Shown in pieces: positions 63,905 to 64,000 of a stretch of 64,000 nucleotides of DNA. This DNA comes from Malacoraja senta. Taxonomy: Eukaryota. The first letter of the stretch is position 1. Each line of letters begins with the position of its first letter. Made by a program: the position numbers and the translations under genes. Below the pieces are notes generated by a model. The model was not told where the DNA came from and searched no databases. It was given only the letters and a program-made list of their open reading frames with translations. The stretch lies in contig CM075995.1 in assembly GCA_038087875.1 (NCBI GenBank), positions 2,978,001 to 3,042,000 of the forward strand. Direction: 5' to 3'.

Positions 63905-64000
63905 AATTATCTATTTATATATAATTATATTTAATTGTCTGTAATCAAACTAATTATACTTATGAACAATAATAAACTGCAGGAACATATCTGCCATCAA

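Overview
Eukaryotic (vertebrate) intergenic or intronic DNA that is almost entirely transposable-element derived. The repeat content (HE1-like tRNA-derived V-SINEs, abundant CR1 and Rex1/Babar LINEs, Penelope-like elements) suggests a cartilaginous fish such as a skate or ray; this is an inference. I recognise no host protein-coding exon, rRNA, true tRNA or CRISPR. Main elements: (1) an apparently intact Passport-type Tc1 transposon at 12455-14057 (208-bp TIRs, TA TSD, 339-aa DD34E ORF), nested next to a Helitron inside a CR1; (2) a full-length but decayed DIRS1-type tyrosine-recombinase retroelement at 47229-52061, whose internal complementary region reproduces the circle junction exactly; (3) several non-autonomous Helitrons carrying minisatellite or polypyrimidine cargo, one with a possible end-bypass signature; (4) about 14 copies of a Penelope-derived terminal unit with a minimal hammerhead-ribozyme-like core, some fused into palindromes; (5) Harbinger and hAT-like MITEs, RTE-derived SINE-like elements with swapped tails, and two GC-rich structured non-coding retroelements. 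There is a 200-N assembly gap at 39349-39548. All family assignments are by eye, from motif recognition without database searches, and boundaries of decayed fragments are approximate.
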